Source: Chiloscyllium plagiosum
Lineage: Eukaryota
DNA length: 20,000 bases
Reading direction: 5' to 3'
Assembly: GCF_004010195.1 (NCBI RefSeq)
Contig: NC_057719.1
Span: 53,894,756 to 53,914,755, forward strand
Positions within the stretch are counted from its first letter, which is position 1, and each line of letters starts with the position of its first letter. The notes beneath the pieces are model-generated. The model saw only the letters and a list, made by a program, of their open reading frames with translations. It was not told the DNA's origin and made no database searches. This document shows positions 1 to 11,789 of the stretch, in pieces. The position numbers and the translations under genes were made by a program.

Positions 1-1162
1 GGCATATCATTCAATGTATCAATTTACTAATCAAGGTTTGGCAAACATTTTATTGTGCTAGTCCCTCATCTGAATCTGCTCGACAGATGAATTATTTTCC
101 TCATCTGTGTCATGTCTTAATTTTGATGCCTCTTCACGGATGTGCTTCTTCCATCAGTGATGTTGTACAATATTTGGGCTTTGATGGATTTGTTTCAGGA
201 AGATTTTCAACTCAATCTAGGTGACAAAATTGTCATTTCTGGATCCTGAAAGCCTTCCCTTGAACCTGTGTTTTAATACACACAAATCTCCACCACTTAA
301 AATTCTCATGGTTCTAAGTCATTGATAATTTTCATTAAAGTCAAATTTAAAGTTGTTCTTTACATATTCTTTTATGCTATATTTATTTGAGGCAGAAGTG
401 GCTGTGCCAAAATAAAAAAAAAATCAACAGAAGTAACACCTCAATAATGTACAATAATCCCAGCACGCAACATTTTACCCCCTAATTAGCTGTCGGGTTT
501 GTTTAAATGGTTATTTGGTGAAAAGGCTATCTATTACTTAGACTGAGATAGATTCACAAATTAAGTTGTCAAGTGCTTGCCTCAAGGTCTATGGGACTCA
601 TCATAATTCCCACCTGCACTTAACAGTGTAAAGATGAGCTCCAGCTGTAAGAAAAATCCAACTTAATGTCACACTTACATTGTAGTTGACATATTGTACA
701 AGGCCATTTCATTTTGCATCAAAGTGAAAGCTGGGCAATGAGTGAAGACACACCAGAGTGGGCACAATGACATTCTCCAACAAATCAGAATAAGATCCTG
801 TGGCAGGGAGAGGTGGTGTATTATCATCTACTCAAATTACTTTAGCCATCGCTGTGAGATAATTGTGATGTTTTTGCTGCCATTGGGGGGATAAAGTATG
901 ATTATATAGAGTGTATAGTAAATTCATTACAGCAGTGGATAGCTAAGTAATTAGTATCGGAGATGTCATTTGAAGGTGGTATTGAAGTAGCTGTGATCCT
1001 TAAATGTCAGTTGTGCTGCGTGACTACAATTCTCTACAACTCGCAGATTGTCTCACTATTGCAGTTTAAAAACTGCTCTTCAATATAGTCAGATGACTTT
1101 GTTAGAGATGGCATAGTCACCAGGCTGTAGTGCTGGGACTGACCTCCAAGATAGTTCATAAT

Positions 1163-1558
1163 GTCAGCTGTGGCTCAGTTGTATTCTTATTTCTGAATCA
1201 GAAGATTGTGGATGCATATTCCTTTCCAGTACATAAATCAAAACAGACACTGGTGCAATACGAGTGGAGCATAGGACAGATGGATATATCGTCGTTTAGA
1301 TGTGATATTAAACAAAGACTGTAAATGCCTTCTCAGGTGAACCTAAAAGATCCAATTGCACAACTACAAGGTCAAATTATGTTTGTTGACCTGCCCAATC
1401 AACATTGCACAGATTATCCAGTCATAGTGCACTGCTAGTTTTTGGAAGTTAGCTACCATATTTCAGACGTTATAATAATATCAAGATGTATTGGCTAAAA
1501 GGTGTGTTGGTACATGCAAAATAATTTAATGATGCTATATCAGTTGAAGTCTTTTATT
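1163..1558 (+). mobile_element. Decayed tRNA-derived Deu-domain SINE (SacSINE1/DeuSINE-like)
   Basis: tRNA-like head GTCAGCTGTGGCTCAGTTG...TCTGAATCAGAAGATTGTGG; central CTCAGGTGAACCTAAAAGATCC and ACAGATTATCCAGTCAT; tail GCTATATCAGTTGAAGTCTTTT. Colinear with the shark Deu-SINE consensus as recalled; heavily diverged. Confidence 0.7.
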
Positions 1559-1989
1559 CATCTGTTTGATTTACCCAAAGCTTTTGCATTTGATCCGTTT
1601 CATTTGATCCATACTTGTCCTCCAAGTATGGATCTCTGTTTCACCAAAGGAAGTGAAAATGTAGCATTAGGACACTTACCAAGGCTGCATTAACAGGAGA
1701 ATGTTCAGCACTATATGTATTAATATGAGATCTAACTAGTGGTTATCATATGCAGAGGGTGGTAAGAGAGGAATCTTAGAGCCCTATAGATCCAAGCTCC
1801 TATTCCATGTGACTCAACATCATTATGACATAGATCTTTCGCCTTATGCTAAAGCAGTTTCCTTAAAGTCAAGATATGGTCCTCTTGATATCTCCTAGGT
1901 TCTAACCTTAATGCACCATTCATACTTAGGTGCATCGATGGATGCACATGCTAAAATGCCATGAATGAAATGCAGTTTGAAGGCTAATT

Positions 1990-3560
1990 TCATTCAGCTT
2001 GTTTAAAACTAAACAATTTCAACAGGACAGTACATGGTATCCCTTGACCAACACCATAGAATATGGGAAGAGCATTTGGAGGGGGATGCCATGAAACTAA
2101 CTTATTCAATTCTGTTCACATTCCCTGGTCTTCAAGAACAGAAAGTTCCGACTGAGTGAAACATCATATCTCTTGATTCCACGTTCTTGGCATTTGATAT
2201 AATTTGTAAAAGAACAAAATCATTTTCCACTGGAGAGGTTGACCATTTCGACAGTGAAATTAGTAACATCTGCAAACAGAAGAACTAGTATGTTTGAATT
2301 ACAAGTCTGTTGGCAAGTATACAGATGGATCATTTTTAACAGTTGTGCCCCATTGCCTGCATTGGGAACAAAACCTCCAGCGCATTTAACCATAAACACT
2401 TTACTTTTACATCCTCTTTTACCTCCTCTCCCTTCCCACTCAATCTGTTCTGGCCAAGGTTTCAACCTCCAGCCATATTCGAGTTTTTCTTTAAGACATG
2501 TGGGATGGGCATATTCCACGTAGTTCACCTTGGAGGGGCAAAACTTCACCAGAATTGGGAATCCAGTTTCTAATAATAAATGAAATAGGAAGTCAACAGC
2601 CTTTTTTCCCCTATGATCATGAACTTGAGGATGGACTGGAAAGAGGGCAAACATCTTTGGGCCCATGGTAAGAATGGCTATTTTCTGTAGTAGTAGAATT
2701 GCTACAAATGTTTCCACTGGAGGCTGCTGGATAGAATGAATGTTCTTGAAAAAAGTGAGGTGCCTATCACAACAAAGAGATGACTTAAGTAGTCGACCTT
2801 TCAGGATTCCTTTATCAGGACTGGGATTTTAGGGAGTTTTCCTGAGATAGCTTGGTCTTCAGACTTGATGGAAGATTGGACAACAGCTGGCCACACACAC
2901 ACACACATACACACACATTCTGTCACCTCCCTTGTAGTCTCAATCTCAGAATTTAGGCTGGTGAGATAGAGTTTTATGTTCCACAGCTTCCTCCACATCT
3001 CATCCTAACCTGTCTTTTGACGGATTATAAATCATTCTGTAGTTGATCTTTTCATTAACGAGAGCTTGCTTTTCCAGGATAATCTGTCATAAATGTCGAG
3101 CAAGAGAAGGAACTTCTCGGTTAAGAGTTTATTTTTCAGAGGGAAGATTAACACTTATAGACTGGAATTGGAACTGAAACTTTCCCTCAGCTAAAAGCAA
3201 AAGATTGTCTTCAGGCTCTGAATACTTCAAGAAAACAGAAACATTTTCTCCCACCAGGGTACTTCTTTGATGTGTGAATTGTGTTAGAACTCTAGCTGTT
3301 TCTGCATAGGACTATCAAAAAAGTAGTTGTTAGTTCCTGTTTTCTACCAACTGCTTTTTTTTTTGTGGACTGTTAACACAACTTCATAAACAGGAAGAGT
3401 TGTTAATTCACATTCTACAGCTTTATCTTTCCACTGAATTACCAATGTTGGCTGATATTGGGGTACGAAACTTGGATGTCTTCCTTTTCAGGTAGATGCT
3501 GCAACTGTTCAGTTTCCCTAAGAAACCAATTTGTTTGCAGTTAACAGAACTGAAATAGGT
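1990..3560 (-). mobile_element. Highly degraded L1-clade LINE ORF2 C-terminal remnant
   Basis: Broken minus-strand peptides FLGKLNS..*KGRHP, MWRKLWNIK, LKEK..EQIEWE and QLLKMIH..FKHTSSSVCRC occur in the order expected for the post-RT and Cys-rich region of vertebrate L1 ORF2. Many frameshifts; boundaries approximate. Confidence 0.4.
2893..2917. repeat. (CA)n microsatellite
   Basis: ACACACACACACACATACACACACA read directly. Confidence 0.9.
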
Positions 3561-4594
3561 TCCTTTTAAATCCAGTGAATTCTAAAATCCTACCAAGAGC
3601 CCCTAGTTAAAATATTATTACCAGGGAAGTAATATTGGAATCAGAGCAAAACAGACATATCACTTGAATTATCTTATTTTGATTTGTTTTCGTTTTATCA
3701 GATTAGTCTCTGGCTGAAAATTGCTAAAGATTTTGTATTAAAGAGAAAACAGAAATTTATTATTCAAAGAAATAAAGAGAACATTAGATAAACCAAATCA
3801 TCTATTCATAACACCAATTTAAAGATTTTTATCAGTGCAGCAATAATATGAACCCAATAATTCCAAATCACTCCTTTATAAATGGAACAAAAGAAAGCAG
3901 TTTCTGTATAGTACCCAGAAAACTACTCATACTATACTTACATCAGAGTCCCTGGATTCAACACCTCAAGAGCTTTAAGTTTCTCGTAACTGTAATTTTT
4001 AGACTAGTACTATAGATAGCTCCTCGAAGGAACTATAATACACCTGAACTTCAATGCAGAGCCTTAAACAAGCCCTTCAGGGTTTCTCTCAAAACATTTG
4101 GTCTGCAACTAGTACTAACTCTTCACTTTAAGGTAACTTAGTTCACGATATATGCTGCAGAAGTGTCTCCAGTCAGTTATTCTATTTGAAGGACTTCATA
4201 AGATTGCTCTACTCAAAAGTAAAGTTGAAACCTAAAAATCTCCCTCTCCAAGATATAGAAATTTCCATTAAGCTTAAAAAAAGTCCCAGAAGTCTCCAAC
4301 AAACCTCTTATTTACATTGCTGAGTTGCAAAACAATGTAAACTAACAAAACTCTATCAGTGATACACAAAACCCATTCTCTATAAAACCAGGCATCAAAC
4401 AAAAACAGCTTTCAAAGAAATCACCACAGCTACAGAAATGCTTACAAATTAATTAACTTCAGATGCACAGTAAACCCAAAGATCAGAAATCTAAGCTTAC
4501 AATAAAAAGTATATAAATCCCATAGTTTACAGTTAATTAAATCCAGAGCAGCCTTTGATGCTTAGTGACATGGACATTCATGTGAATCTATAGT

Positions 4595-5095
4595 TTTAAG
4601 TAAGCCACTCAGACCCTCCTGCTCTGTCATTTAAGTAGTTCATTCTAATATTATTGTAGTATCAACTCTACTTTCTCGTTTACCCACTGAATCTTTTGAC
4701 TTCCTTATCAATTAAGAGTCTAACTTAGCTTTAAAATATTCAGTGGGCCATCCTCTACTTTTCTTTGGAAAAGCTTTTCCGTAGGCCAATGACACTCAAA
4801 GAAAATGTTTCATCCTCATTTCCATCTTAATTTGCCCTTAAATCCCCTTGGATTCATGCCTAGATCAATAGCTCCAATTGATGTACTTTCTGTACTTCCT
4901 TATGAATTTTGAGATTCATGTACTGCTCCCTCAGCCAAATCCTTCTGTAGCCCCAGGTTTTGCAATCTGTTGCCATTTAAGTAATATACTGTGTTCCAAC
5001 CTTTTTAACTTAAGTGAAGGAGTTCTCATTTTCCCACGTTATTTTTACCAATTTTTTTCCCCTCAAATTTTTGACCCATTCAGTTCCCCTTGTAA
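4595..5095 (-). mobile_element. Decayed CR1 LINE 3' portion
   Basis: Plus-strand text GTAAGCCACTCAGACCCTCCTGCTCTGTCATT...CTTTAAAATATTCAGTG...TCCTCATTTCCATCTTAA...CATTTTCCCACGTTAT resembles the antisense of chondrichthyan CR1 3' ends. Confidence 0.55.
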
Positions 5096-5279
5096 ATGCT
5101 TTGGGTAGAATATTTAAGGGGCCTGAATGATGTGGGCTACGGCAAATTTTGTGGCAGAATAATGCAACAAACCTGATGAAGCCCAGTTTGACATCAGGAG
5201 CAATTCATTGCATCTTTCATGCATCTGCCAAGTGATGAGTTACCAATTATACCTTATAAAATGCCCTAACAAAAGGCAC

Positions 5280-5960
5280 AACTCATCAACCACCAGTTCT
5301 GACGTGCCACAGCAAGGAACCGTAATGACCTCCTCAGGAGACAGACATGTGCTGCAACTGACAGGGTACCCTTCGTTGTCCAGTACTTCCCAGGAGCTGA
5401 AAAATCACACCATGTTCTTCGTGACCTGCAACACATTATCAATGAGAATCAGCACCTCGCCAAGACCTTCCCCACACCTCCACTGCTCGCCTTTAAATAA
5501 CCGCCAAACCTCAAACAGACCATGGTTCGTAGCAAGCTGCCCGGCTCTCAGGACAACTCCATACAACCTTGTCACGGTAGGCGCTGCAAGATGCCACAGA
5601 GTGTGGACACTGATACCACCATTACACAAGGGGACACCTCCCACCATGTACGTGGCAAGTACTCTTATGACTCAGCCAACGTTGCCTATCTTATACGTTG
5701 CAGGCAAGGGTGCCCTGTGGCATGGTACATTGGGGAAAACCGAGCAAAGGCTACGACAACAGATGAATGGGCACCGCACAACAATCAACAGACAGGAGTG
5801 TTCCCTCCCAGTTGGGGAACACTTCAGCAGTCCAGGACATTCGACCGACCATCCTCCAAGGCGGACTTCGGGACAGGCCGAGCAGAGGCTTACAACTAAG
5901 TTCCGTACCCATAGGGAAGGCCTCAACTGGGACTTGGGTTCATGTCACACTACAGGTGAC
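5280..5960 (+). pseudogene. PLE ORF C-terminal remnant with GIY-YIG domain (frameshifted)
   Basis: ORF track 5522..5899 (VAY...YIGE) shifts into the 5208..6215 frame (TEQRLRQQMNGH...GLNWDLG). Confidence 0.85.
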
Positions 5961-5973
5961 CACCATTGCACTA

Positions 5974-6115
5974 TACACACACACACACACACTCTGACAC
6001 TCACAATCCCCCACCCCAGACACACGTACCCTCTACACTCACATGCACTCTCAACCCCCGCTCCCCAGGCAGACAGACACACACAAACCCACACGCACAC
6101 ATATGCATACATATG
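5974..6115. repeat. CA-rich low-complexity tract in PLE 3' region
   Basis: (CA)n run at 5975-5992 followed by interrupted CA repeats. Confidence 0.8.
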
Positions 6116-6476
6116 GGGTGAATATGTACTTACAGAGTTACATTGTACTTCACTCAAAAACTGCATGAATCCATGTAAGACTCTTAACTCACTTTTTAGA
6201 TTAGGATCAGTCTAAACATTATGGCACAGACAGGGAACACAGGGGGCTAACACCTTCAACACAGTATCTAGCTGACACTAATTGTTACAGTTAACCTGAG
6301 AATGCAACTTTTAAAAAGGGTTTTGTGATTTACATATGAAAGAAGTGAAAATATCATGGTATTCTAACAGATGAAAGTTCAAACAATCAAGGTATTTTTC
6401 AATGTATAATTTCAGTTACATCACACTGTTAACTTTTGCTATAAATTCTGTGCCTTACAATTGTGTCCTCCACAAC

Positions 6477-6511
6477 CACCCGATGAAGGAGCGACGTTCC
6501 AAAAGCTAGTG
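6477..6511 (+). ncRNA. Decayed minimal type I hammerhead ribozyme (PLE family A)
   Basis: CAC-CCGATGA-A-GGAGC-GAC-GTTCC-AAAA-GCTA-GTG: stem I CAC/GTG, stem II GGAGC/GTTCC, palindromic AGCT stem III. Core boxes mutated (CUGAUGA to CCGAUGA, GAAA to AAAA). Confidence 0.7.
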
Positions 6512-6723
6512 CTTCTAATTAAACCTTTTGGACTATAACATGGTGTTGTGAGATTTTTAACATCTCACCCCATTAGCAATCAGCTTTCTATCTTACACAA
6601 TGTAACAAACAAACTAGACTTTGAATTCTTGACGTAGATTCCAGAGCAGGTACCAGGAAATTTCAACTTAGCACTTGCTCCAAATGACCTCCATGTTGAA
6701 CACTGGGCATGAATATCACAGGG

Positions 6724-6901
6724 AAAAATGTGAGGACTGCAGAGGGAGATCAGAGTTGAAAAGTGTGGTACTGAAAAAGCACAGTAAATCAGGCAGCATC
6801 TGAGGAGCAGATGTTAAAGGGCTGATGCCCAAAAGGTCAATCCTCCTGCTCCTTGGATGCTGCCTGACTTGCTGTGCTTTTCTAGCACCACACTTTTCAA
6901 C
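6724..6901. mobile_element. Miniature fold-back PLE end (family B-related) with 31-nt tail
   Basis: Arm 6755-6810 (GTTGAAAAGTGTGGTACTGAAAAAGCACAG...GGAGCAG) is the imperfect reverse complement of 6846-6901. Loop holds hammerhead remnant AAGGGCTGATGCCCAAAAGGTC. Degenerate TSD 6709-6723 / 6902-6916 (11 of 15 match). Confidence 0.8.
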
Positions 6902-7297
6902 ACCAACATCACAGAGAACGCTTCTTGTGCATTGGTTTTATGCAACTTATATCCACGGATGTGGTCAGCTTCTAAGAATCCTCATGGCACATCTCCAATC
7001 CACTTCTGCACTTCAATACTGCACTAGGAACCATTGTTATACTGCTGAGGGAACACTTTGCACTTAAGGACTAGACAAAGGCTACATTTTGCCCCTCTTC
7101 GCTTGTTATCATAGCACTCACAGCATCCCTGCCTTGCATAATCTTGCTTTACTTTTTTGCATTTTCCTCCCTCAGACAGAGTGACCAAGCTCATATTCCT
7201 GCTGGCTTGCAGTGACATTTGTTGAAGATACCAAACCTGGACGTCACCATGATTGTCAGCAGTCCTCAGTCAAGGTAAATAGCCTTCATTCACAACG

Positions 7298-7897
7298 TCA
7301 TAGTCATGGAGATGTACAGCATGGAAACAGACCCTTCAGTCCAACTCGTCCATGCTGACCAGGTATCCCAACCTAACGTAGTCCCATTTGCCAGCACTTG
7401 GCCCATATCCCTCTAAACCTTTGCTATTCATTTGCCTTTTAAATATTGTAAATTGTACCAACCTCCACCACTTCATCTGGCAGCTCGTTCTACACATACA
7501 CCACCCTCTGCATGAAAAAGTTTACCCCTTAGGTCCCTTTTAACTTTTTTCCCTCTCACTCTCAACCTATGCCCTCTAGTTCTAGACTCCCCCCACCCCA
7601 GGGGAAAGACCTTGACTACTTACCCTGTCCATGCCCCTTAATTTTATAAACCTCTATAAGATCACCCCTCCGACGCTCCAGGGAAAACAGCCCCAGCCTA
7701 TTCAACCTCTCCCTAGAGCTCAAATCCTCCAACCCTGGCAACATCCTTGGAAGTCTTTTCTGAACCATTTCAAGTTTCACAACATCCTTGTGATAGGAGG
7801 GATACCAGAATTGCACACAATATTCCAAAAGTGACCTAACCAATGTCCTGTACAGCCTCAACATGACCTCCCACCTCCTACACTCAATGCGCTGAAC
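7298..7897 (-). mobile_element. 5'-truncated CR1 LINE (HER1-like): RT C-terminus and 3' UTR
   Basis: ORF 7616..7963(-) LRLYRTLVRSLLEYCVQFWYP...LEMVQKR..RMLPGL...LGLFSLERRRGDLIEVYKI is the canonical CR1 ORF2 end. 3' tail GGTCTGTTTCCATGCTGTACATCTCCATGACTATGA. Confidence 0.93.
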
Positions 7898-8014
7898 TAT
7901 AAAGCAATGAATATAGCACAGCCTCTGATCAATTCCACGGCTTGAACAGGGTCTATCAATCACTTAGCATAGCCAGAAATCAGGATGATTTTCACAGAAG
8001 CAAACAGACAACAA

Positions 8015-8500
8015 ATGGGCCAGAACTAAGCTCTGTAGTCCTACCACATCCAGTTGTGAATGGTAGTGGACAGTTAAACAAATTCGCTGGAGGTGGCGAC
8101 TCCAGAAATAATCGCCATCCTCAATGATGGAAGAGCCCAACACTTAAGTGCAAAACACGGGCTGAAGTATACGCAACAATCTACAGCCAGAAATGCTGAG
8201 TAGATGATCCATCTTGGTCTCCTCCAGTGGTCCCCAACATTACAGATACCGGTCTTTATCCAATTCGATCCACTCCACTTGATATCAAGAAATGGTTGAA
8301 CACACTGGATCCTACAAAATCTCCAGGCCCTGATTATATTCTGGTAATAGTATTGAATACTTGTTCTCCAGAACTGGTCATTCGCCTAGCTAAGGTCTTG
8401 CAGCACAGTAACAACACTGGCATCTGCTCGACAATGTCAAAGTTACCCAGGTGTGTCCAGTACATAAAAGGCAGGACAAATTCAACATGGCCAATGTCTG
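8015..8500 (+). mobile_element. CR1/L2-group LINE ORF2 fragment (linker and start of RT)
   Basis: Peptides KLCSPTTSSCEW*WTVKQ, DIKKWLNTLDPTKSPGPDYI...CSPEL..LAK and VCPVHKRQDK match the K(S/A)xGPD...V.P..KK motifs that precede non-LTR RT domains. Confidence 0.75.
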
Positions 8501-8516
8501 CCCCAACAAGTGGTAA

Positions 8517-8597
8517 TTGCTGAAAAATCTCAGGTCTGGTAGCATCTGTGGAGAGAAATCAGAGTTAACAATTTAGGTCCAGTGACCCTTCAAGAAT
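8517..8597 (-). mobile_element. Short PLE-type terminal fragment with decayed hammerhead-like motif
   Basis: Minus strand TTCTTGAAGGGTCACTGGACCTAAATTGTTAACTCTG...CAGATGCTACCAGACCTGAG...TTTTCAGCA parallels the GAAGGG-stem II-GAAAC...GATGCTGCCTGACCTG...TTTCCAGCA layout of the other PLE ends in the window. Confidence 0.5.
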
Positions 8598-8599
8598 TT

Positions 8600-8698
8600 C
8601 TAATTTTGTCACAAAGTTAGTAACCATGTTTTCAGTCATTTCATCCAAGTATTTAATATAGATTGTAAACATCTAGGAACTGATCCTGTGGCACTCTA
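8600..8698 (-). mobile_element. CR1 RT fragment
   Basis: TCATCCAAGTATTTAATATAGATTGTAAA...ACTGATCCTGTGGCAC is the antisense of the VPQ(G)SV...FTIYI..LDE region of CR1 RT. Confidence 0.55.
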
Positions 8699-9379
8699 CA
8701 GGATTCAGTCGAGCAATCCAAAAATGTAGGATTAAGTTTAAATTTTTCAATAATTAGTTGTACTTTGGTTATGTGCAATGATTAAACCTGCAAGGTATTA
8801 TGGTTATATTATGTTTAATTGTGGTAAATATAAGACACCAGTGTCACTCAATGTGGGCCGTTGCCTATGGCTGCATTATGAAGAGAGAGCTATTATATGG
8901 CTCCAGGCTAATAGTAAATTATGGATGAAGGAGACTCACTATTATGGCTAACTTTATTACTGAAGAAATGTGAAGGCACTTTGAAGTGAAACAGTATTCC
9001 GTTTCAAAACACTGCTATATTCAGGACTGGCTTAGCAGTTTAATTTAAAGCACTTTAAAAGAGAAATAGTCATTTCTTTTAAAAATATCTAACTAGATAT
9101 CTCTAGCAAAACAGGAGAAATCAACAGAACAAAAGACAAGTTTCTAGTCAGCCAGAAGACAAGAGCTGGTTTCCTATAGTCCCTCAGTTAAGTATTACTG
9201 CTTTATACTTATTTTGATAAAATTAATAAATTCTCTGAAACGCATGTGAACACATCCAACAGAGTGGTCTTATAACTTGAGAGAACTGAAAAAAAAAATT
9301 GGAAATCAATCTGTAATTATGTCCTATACTTACAGTGAATACTTCAGAGTCAAGAGTGTAGCACTGGACAAATACAGAT

Positions 9380-9495
9380 AGGAGTGTGTGGGGTAAAAGC
9401 AGGAGCAGGGTACTAAGTTGGATGATCAGCCATGATCATATGGAATGGGAAAGCAGGCTTGAAGGGCTGAATGGCCTATTCCTATTCCTAGTTTA
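9380..9495 (+). mobile_element. CR1 LINE 3' terminus
   Basis: GATGATCAGCCATGATCATATGGAATGG...GCAGGCTTGAAGGGCTGAATGGCCTATTCCTATTCCTA is a typical CR1 3' end. Confidence 0.8.
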
Positions 9496-9497
9496 AA

Positions 9498-9622
9498 TGA
9501 AGCTTTGACATCATCCATGACAAAGCAGCTCACTTGATTGATACCACATCTACAAACATTTACAGTAGTAACAATGTGTACAAAATGCCCTGCTGAAATT
9601 CACCAAGGCTCTTTAGAACACT
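9498..9622 (+). mobile_element. LINE ORF2 C-terminal fragment, probably the same family as 8015-8500
   Basis: Peptide FDIIHDKAAHLIDTTSTNIY...KMPC*NSPRL resembles the LDxIQxKAxRLI motif of CR1/L2-group ORF2 ends. Confidence 0.5.
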
Positions 9623-9707
9623 GTAAGTATAGGACATAATTACATGACAAATTAGTCCCTATTTTCTGCTTCCTATTAACAAAACATCATCTAGTCATGA
9701 TAATACA

Positions 9708-9972
9708 GGGTGGCACGGTGATTAGCACTTCTATCTCACAGCACCAGGGTCCTAGGTTCAATTCCAGCCGTGGGTGACTGTGTGGAGTTTGCACATTCTC
9801 CCTATGTCTGCATGGGTTTCCTCCAACAGTCCAAAGATATGCAGATCAGGTGAATTGGCTATGCTAAATTGCCCTATAGTATTAGGTCAATTAGTCAGAG
9901 GGAAATGGGTCTGGGTGGGTTACTCTTCGGAGGATCGGCCTGTTTCCACATTGTAGGGAATCTAATCTAATC
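9708..9972 (+). mobile_element. HE1-type tRNA-derived V-SINE
   Basis: Box A GGTGGCACGGTG, box B GGTTCAATTCC, V-domain GTGTGGAGTTTGCACATTCTCCCTATGTCTGCATGGGTTTCCTCC...TCCAAAGAT, LINE-like tail GGCCTGTTTCCACATTGTAGGG and (AATCT)3. Confidence 0.92.
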
Positions 9973-11169
9973 TCCTACACCTTGCGCTCTTAATTTGCAT
10001 AGAGCAAATCTTGTATTTGAATCTCAATTTTTTTTATTTGAGATTTTAACCAATAGGCAACAGTCTAATGCAGTAACTCGGGAATCTTAACCTACAGATA
10101 TTACTTAAGAAAACAGACCAGTGACTTTGCAGGTGGACTACTCAGGGTGCAAGTCAATATTTTGTTTCTTATCTCTCTCCAATGCTTCAAAGGCTTCAAT
10201 TCCCAACTATAAGCAGAATAATTTCAAGCTTTTTCATATGTGTTTTGCCCATCATTGGCTATTGCTTCTTAACTCTTTCCAAACTACAACCCATTCATTG
10301 TAATAATGTAATGAATCATTCTAATTGCTGTAAGATAAGCAAAACTTATTGCTAATTGGTTTAAGGGATGCATGATCAATGTCTAATTGGCTCTTAAAGC
10401 TGATGGACATTGATTGATGTCACATTCTGCTATCTCCTCACTGGTTTCTTAACTTGTCAATTATTCATGGGTCCTTCCTCTTCATTAATAAAGTGACAAT
10501 ACCAAAACTTAAAATAAGTATTCTTTGCTTCTTTGACAAAAAGAGAGGCATTTTTAGTCACAACTCAAAAGATTGATTACCTTGAGTTCATGTCTCAAAT
10601 GTTGTCCAGATTGACCAAGTTCCCATTTTATCAGATACCTGTTTTTAATCACCAAATTGATTTTACCTTAGAACAAATGACTTATTAATTTGTCCTTTTG
10701 GTTTGTTTCCAAGCACTTAAACATATTTGTTCCCTTTTACACCTTAAAGGAAAAACTAATATAGAAGAAACTGATCTCTACAAATTGTTTTGAAGCCGAA
10801 GATAATATGTTTGTAATGAAATAAATTGTTACAAAGTTAGGTCTAATACAAAGGTCACATTTAGTGATGTTTTGGAAATACACCAAAGGGTCCAATTGTG
10901 ATTGTAATTTCCTAGCAATGGTTAACAAGCTCAGGAATGTCCCAGCTTCCCATTTTCAACCTGGAAAGTCTGAACCTGAAATGAAATGGATACCCCTTAA
11001 ACCTGTAAGTCCAAACATTAGGTTATTGTGTTCACCTGCATTTCTTCAAGAAATTAAGCTAAGCAGAGTCATATGATGCTAATGTCAAGATCTGCATTGG
11101 TTATACTTAAGCAGAATACTATCTGACAAATCAATTAATTTATTTGTCATAATATATTAATAGACATCT

Positions 11170-11473
11170 CTTCAAACCACTGTTGATGTTCCCTGTCAAG
11201 AAACCAAAGCTATCATCAGAAGTGCTGTTTATGAAGGATTTAAGGGCAAGTCAGGCAGTGTGTCACCAGGTTAGCTCTGAGGCACAGATTGGACAGCTCT
11301 TTCTTCGCAGAACCCACAATGTTCATTGACGTTGAATTCCCATTGTAGCTTTTCTATTGCTACTGCCATTTTTGGATCAGGCTGATGGAGATATTTGACT
11401 GGATTAGGCAATAGTTGACTTACAATAGTCAGCTCCTGTCATTAATGCAGATAATTAAAATATCTTTCTGATC
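11170..11473 (-). mobile_element. Old RTE LINE, segment 3 (end of AP endonuclease and linker)
   Basis: Minus-strand DQKDILII../MTGADYC..YCLIQSNISISL continues across the PLE TSD from 15506; it corresponds to the RTE GADC.TDH.L motif. Left boundary approximate. Confidence 0.65.
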
Positions 11474-11569
11474 AAAGGCAAAAGTGAGGACTGCAGATGC
11501 TGGAAGCCAGAGTTTAGATTAGAGTGGTGCTGGAAAAGCACAGCAGGTCAGGCAGCATCTGAAGAGCAG

Positions 11570-11610
11570 GAAAATCGATGTTTCAGGCAAAAGCCCTTCA
11601 TCAGGAATAG
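11570..11610 (-). ncRNA. Minimal hammerhead ribozyme (PLE family B), CpG-decayed
   Basis: Minus strand CTATTC-CTGATGA-A-GGGC-TTTT-GCCT-GAAA-CATC-GATTTT: intact CUGAUGA and GAAA boxes, stem II GGGC/GCCT; stem III ACGT decayed to ACAT. Confidence 0.8.
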
Positions 11611-11789
11611 GGGCAGGGAGCCTCCAGGGTGGAGAGATAAATGGGGGGAGGTGGGGCTGGGGAGAAGGTAGCAAAGAGTACAATAGGTGATAGGTCAGAG
11701 AGGAGAGTGGAGCAGATAGGTGGGAGGGGAGATTGGCAGGTAGGACAGGTCATGAGGGTGGTGCTGAGCTGGAAGGTTGGAACTGGGGT

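Larger units (their letters stand above)
5277..6561 (+). mobile_element. 5'-truncated Penelope-like element (family A): thumb/linker, GIY-YIG endonuclease, CA-rich 3' region, hammerhead
   Basis: Peptides DRVPFVVQYFPG, TFPTPPLLAFK*PPNLKQTMVRSKL, PCHGRRCK, NVAYLIRCRQGCPVAWYIGE/TEQRLRQQMNGH, PVGEHFS and EGLN are typical of a PLE C-terminus. Stops and frameshifts present. Confidence 0.9.

Noticed and set aside
1930..1947. Small palindrome GTGCATC-GATG-GATGCAC
   Set aside because: A 7-bp stem is expected by chance in 20 kb; no supporting context.
3690..4531. Possible solo LTR (A-rich on plus, AATAAA on minus, terminal ...TTTACA)
   Set aside because: No second LTR, primer-binding site, TSD or definable left end; composition alone is insufficient.
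5172..5198. CCTGATGA...CATCAGG as a hammerhead
   Set aside because: Has the CUGAUGA word and a 7-bp inverted repeat, but no stem II followed by GAAA and no cleavage triplet context.
5208..6215. 335-aa ORF as an intact gene
   Set aside because: Mostly an off-frame reading of the PLE remnant that runs into the CA repeat; only the middle part is in the true frame.
10581..10668. Possible small minus-strand exon (..YLIKWELGQSGQHLRHELK followed by GTAATC)
   Set aside because: Weak acceptor, no recognisable protein and no neighbouring exons; would need RNA-seq.
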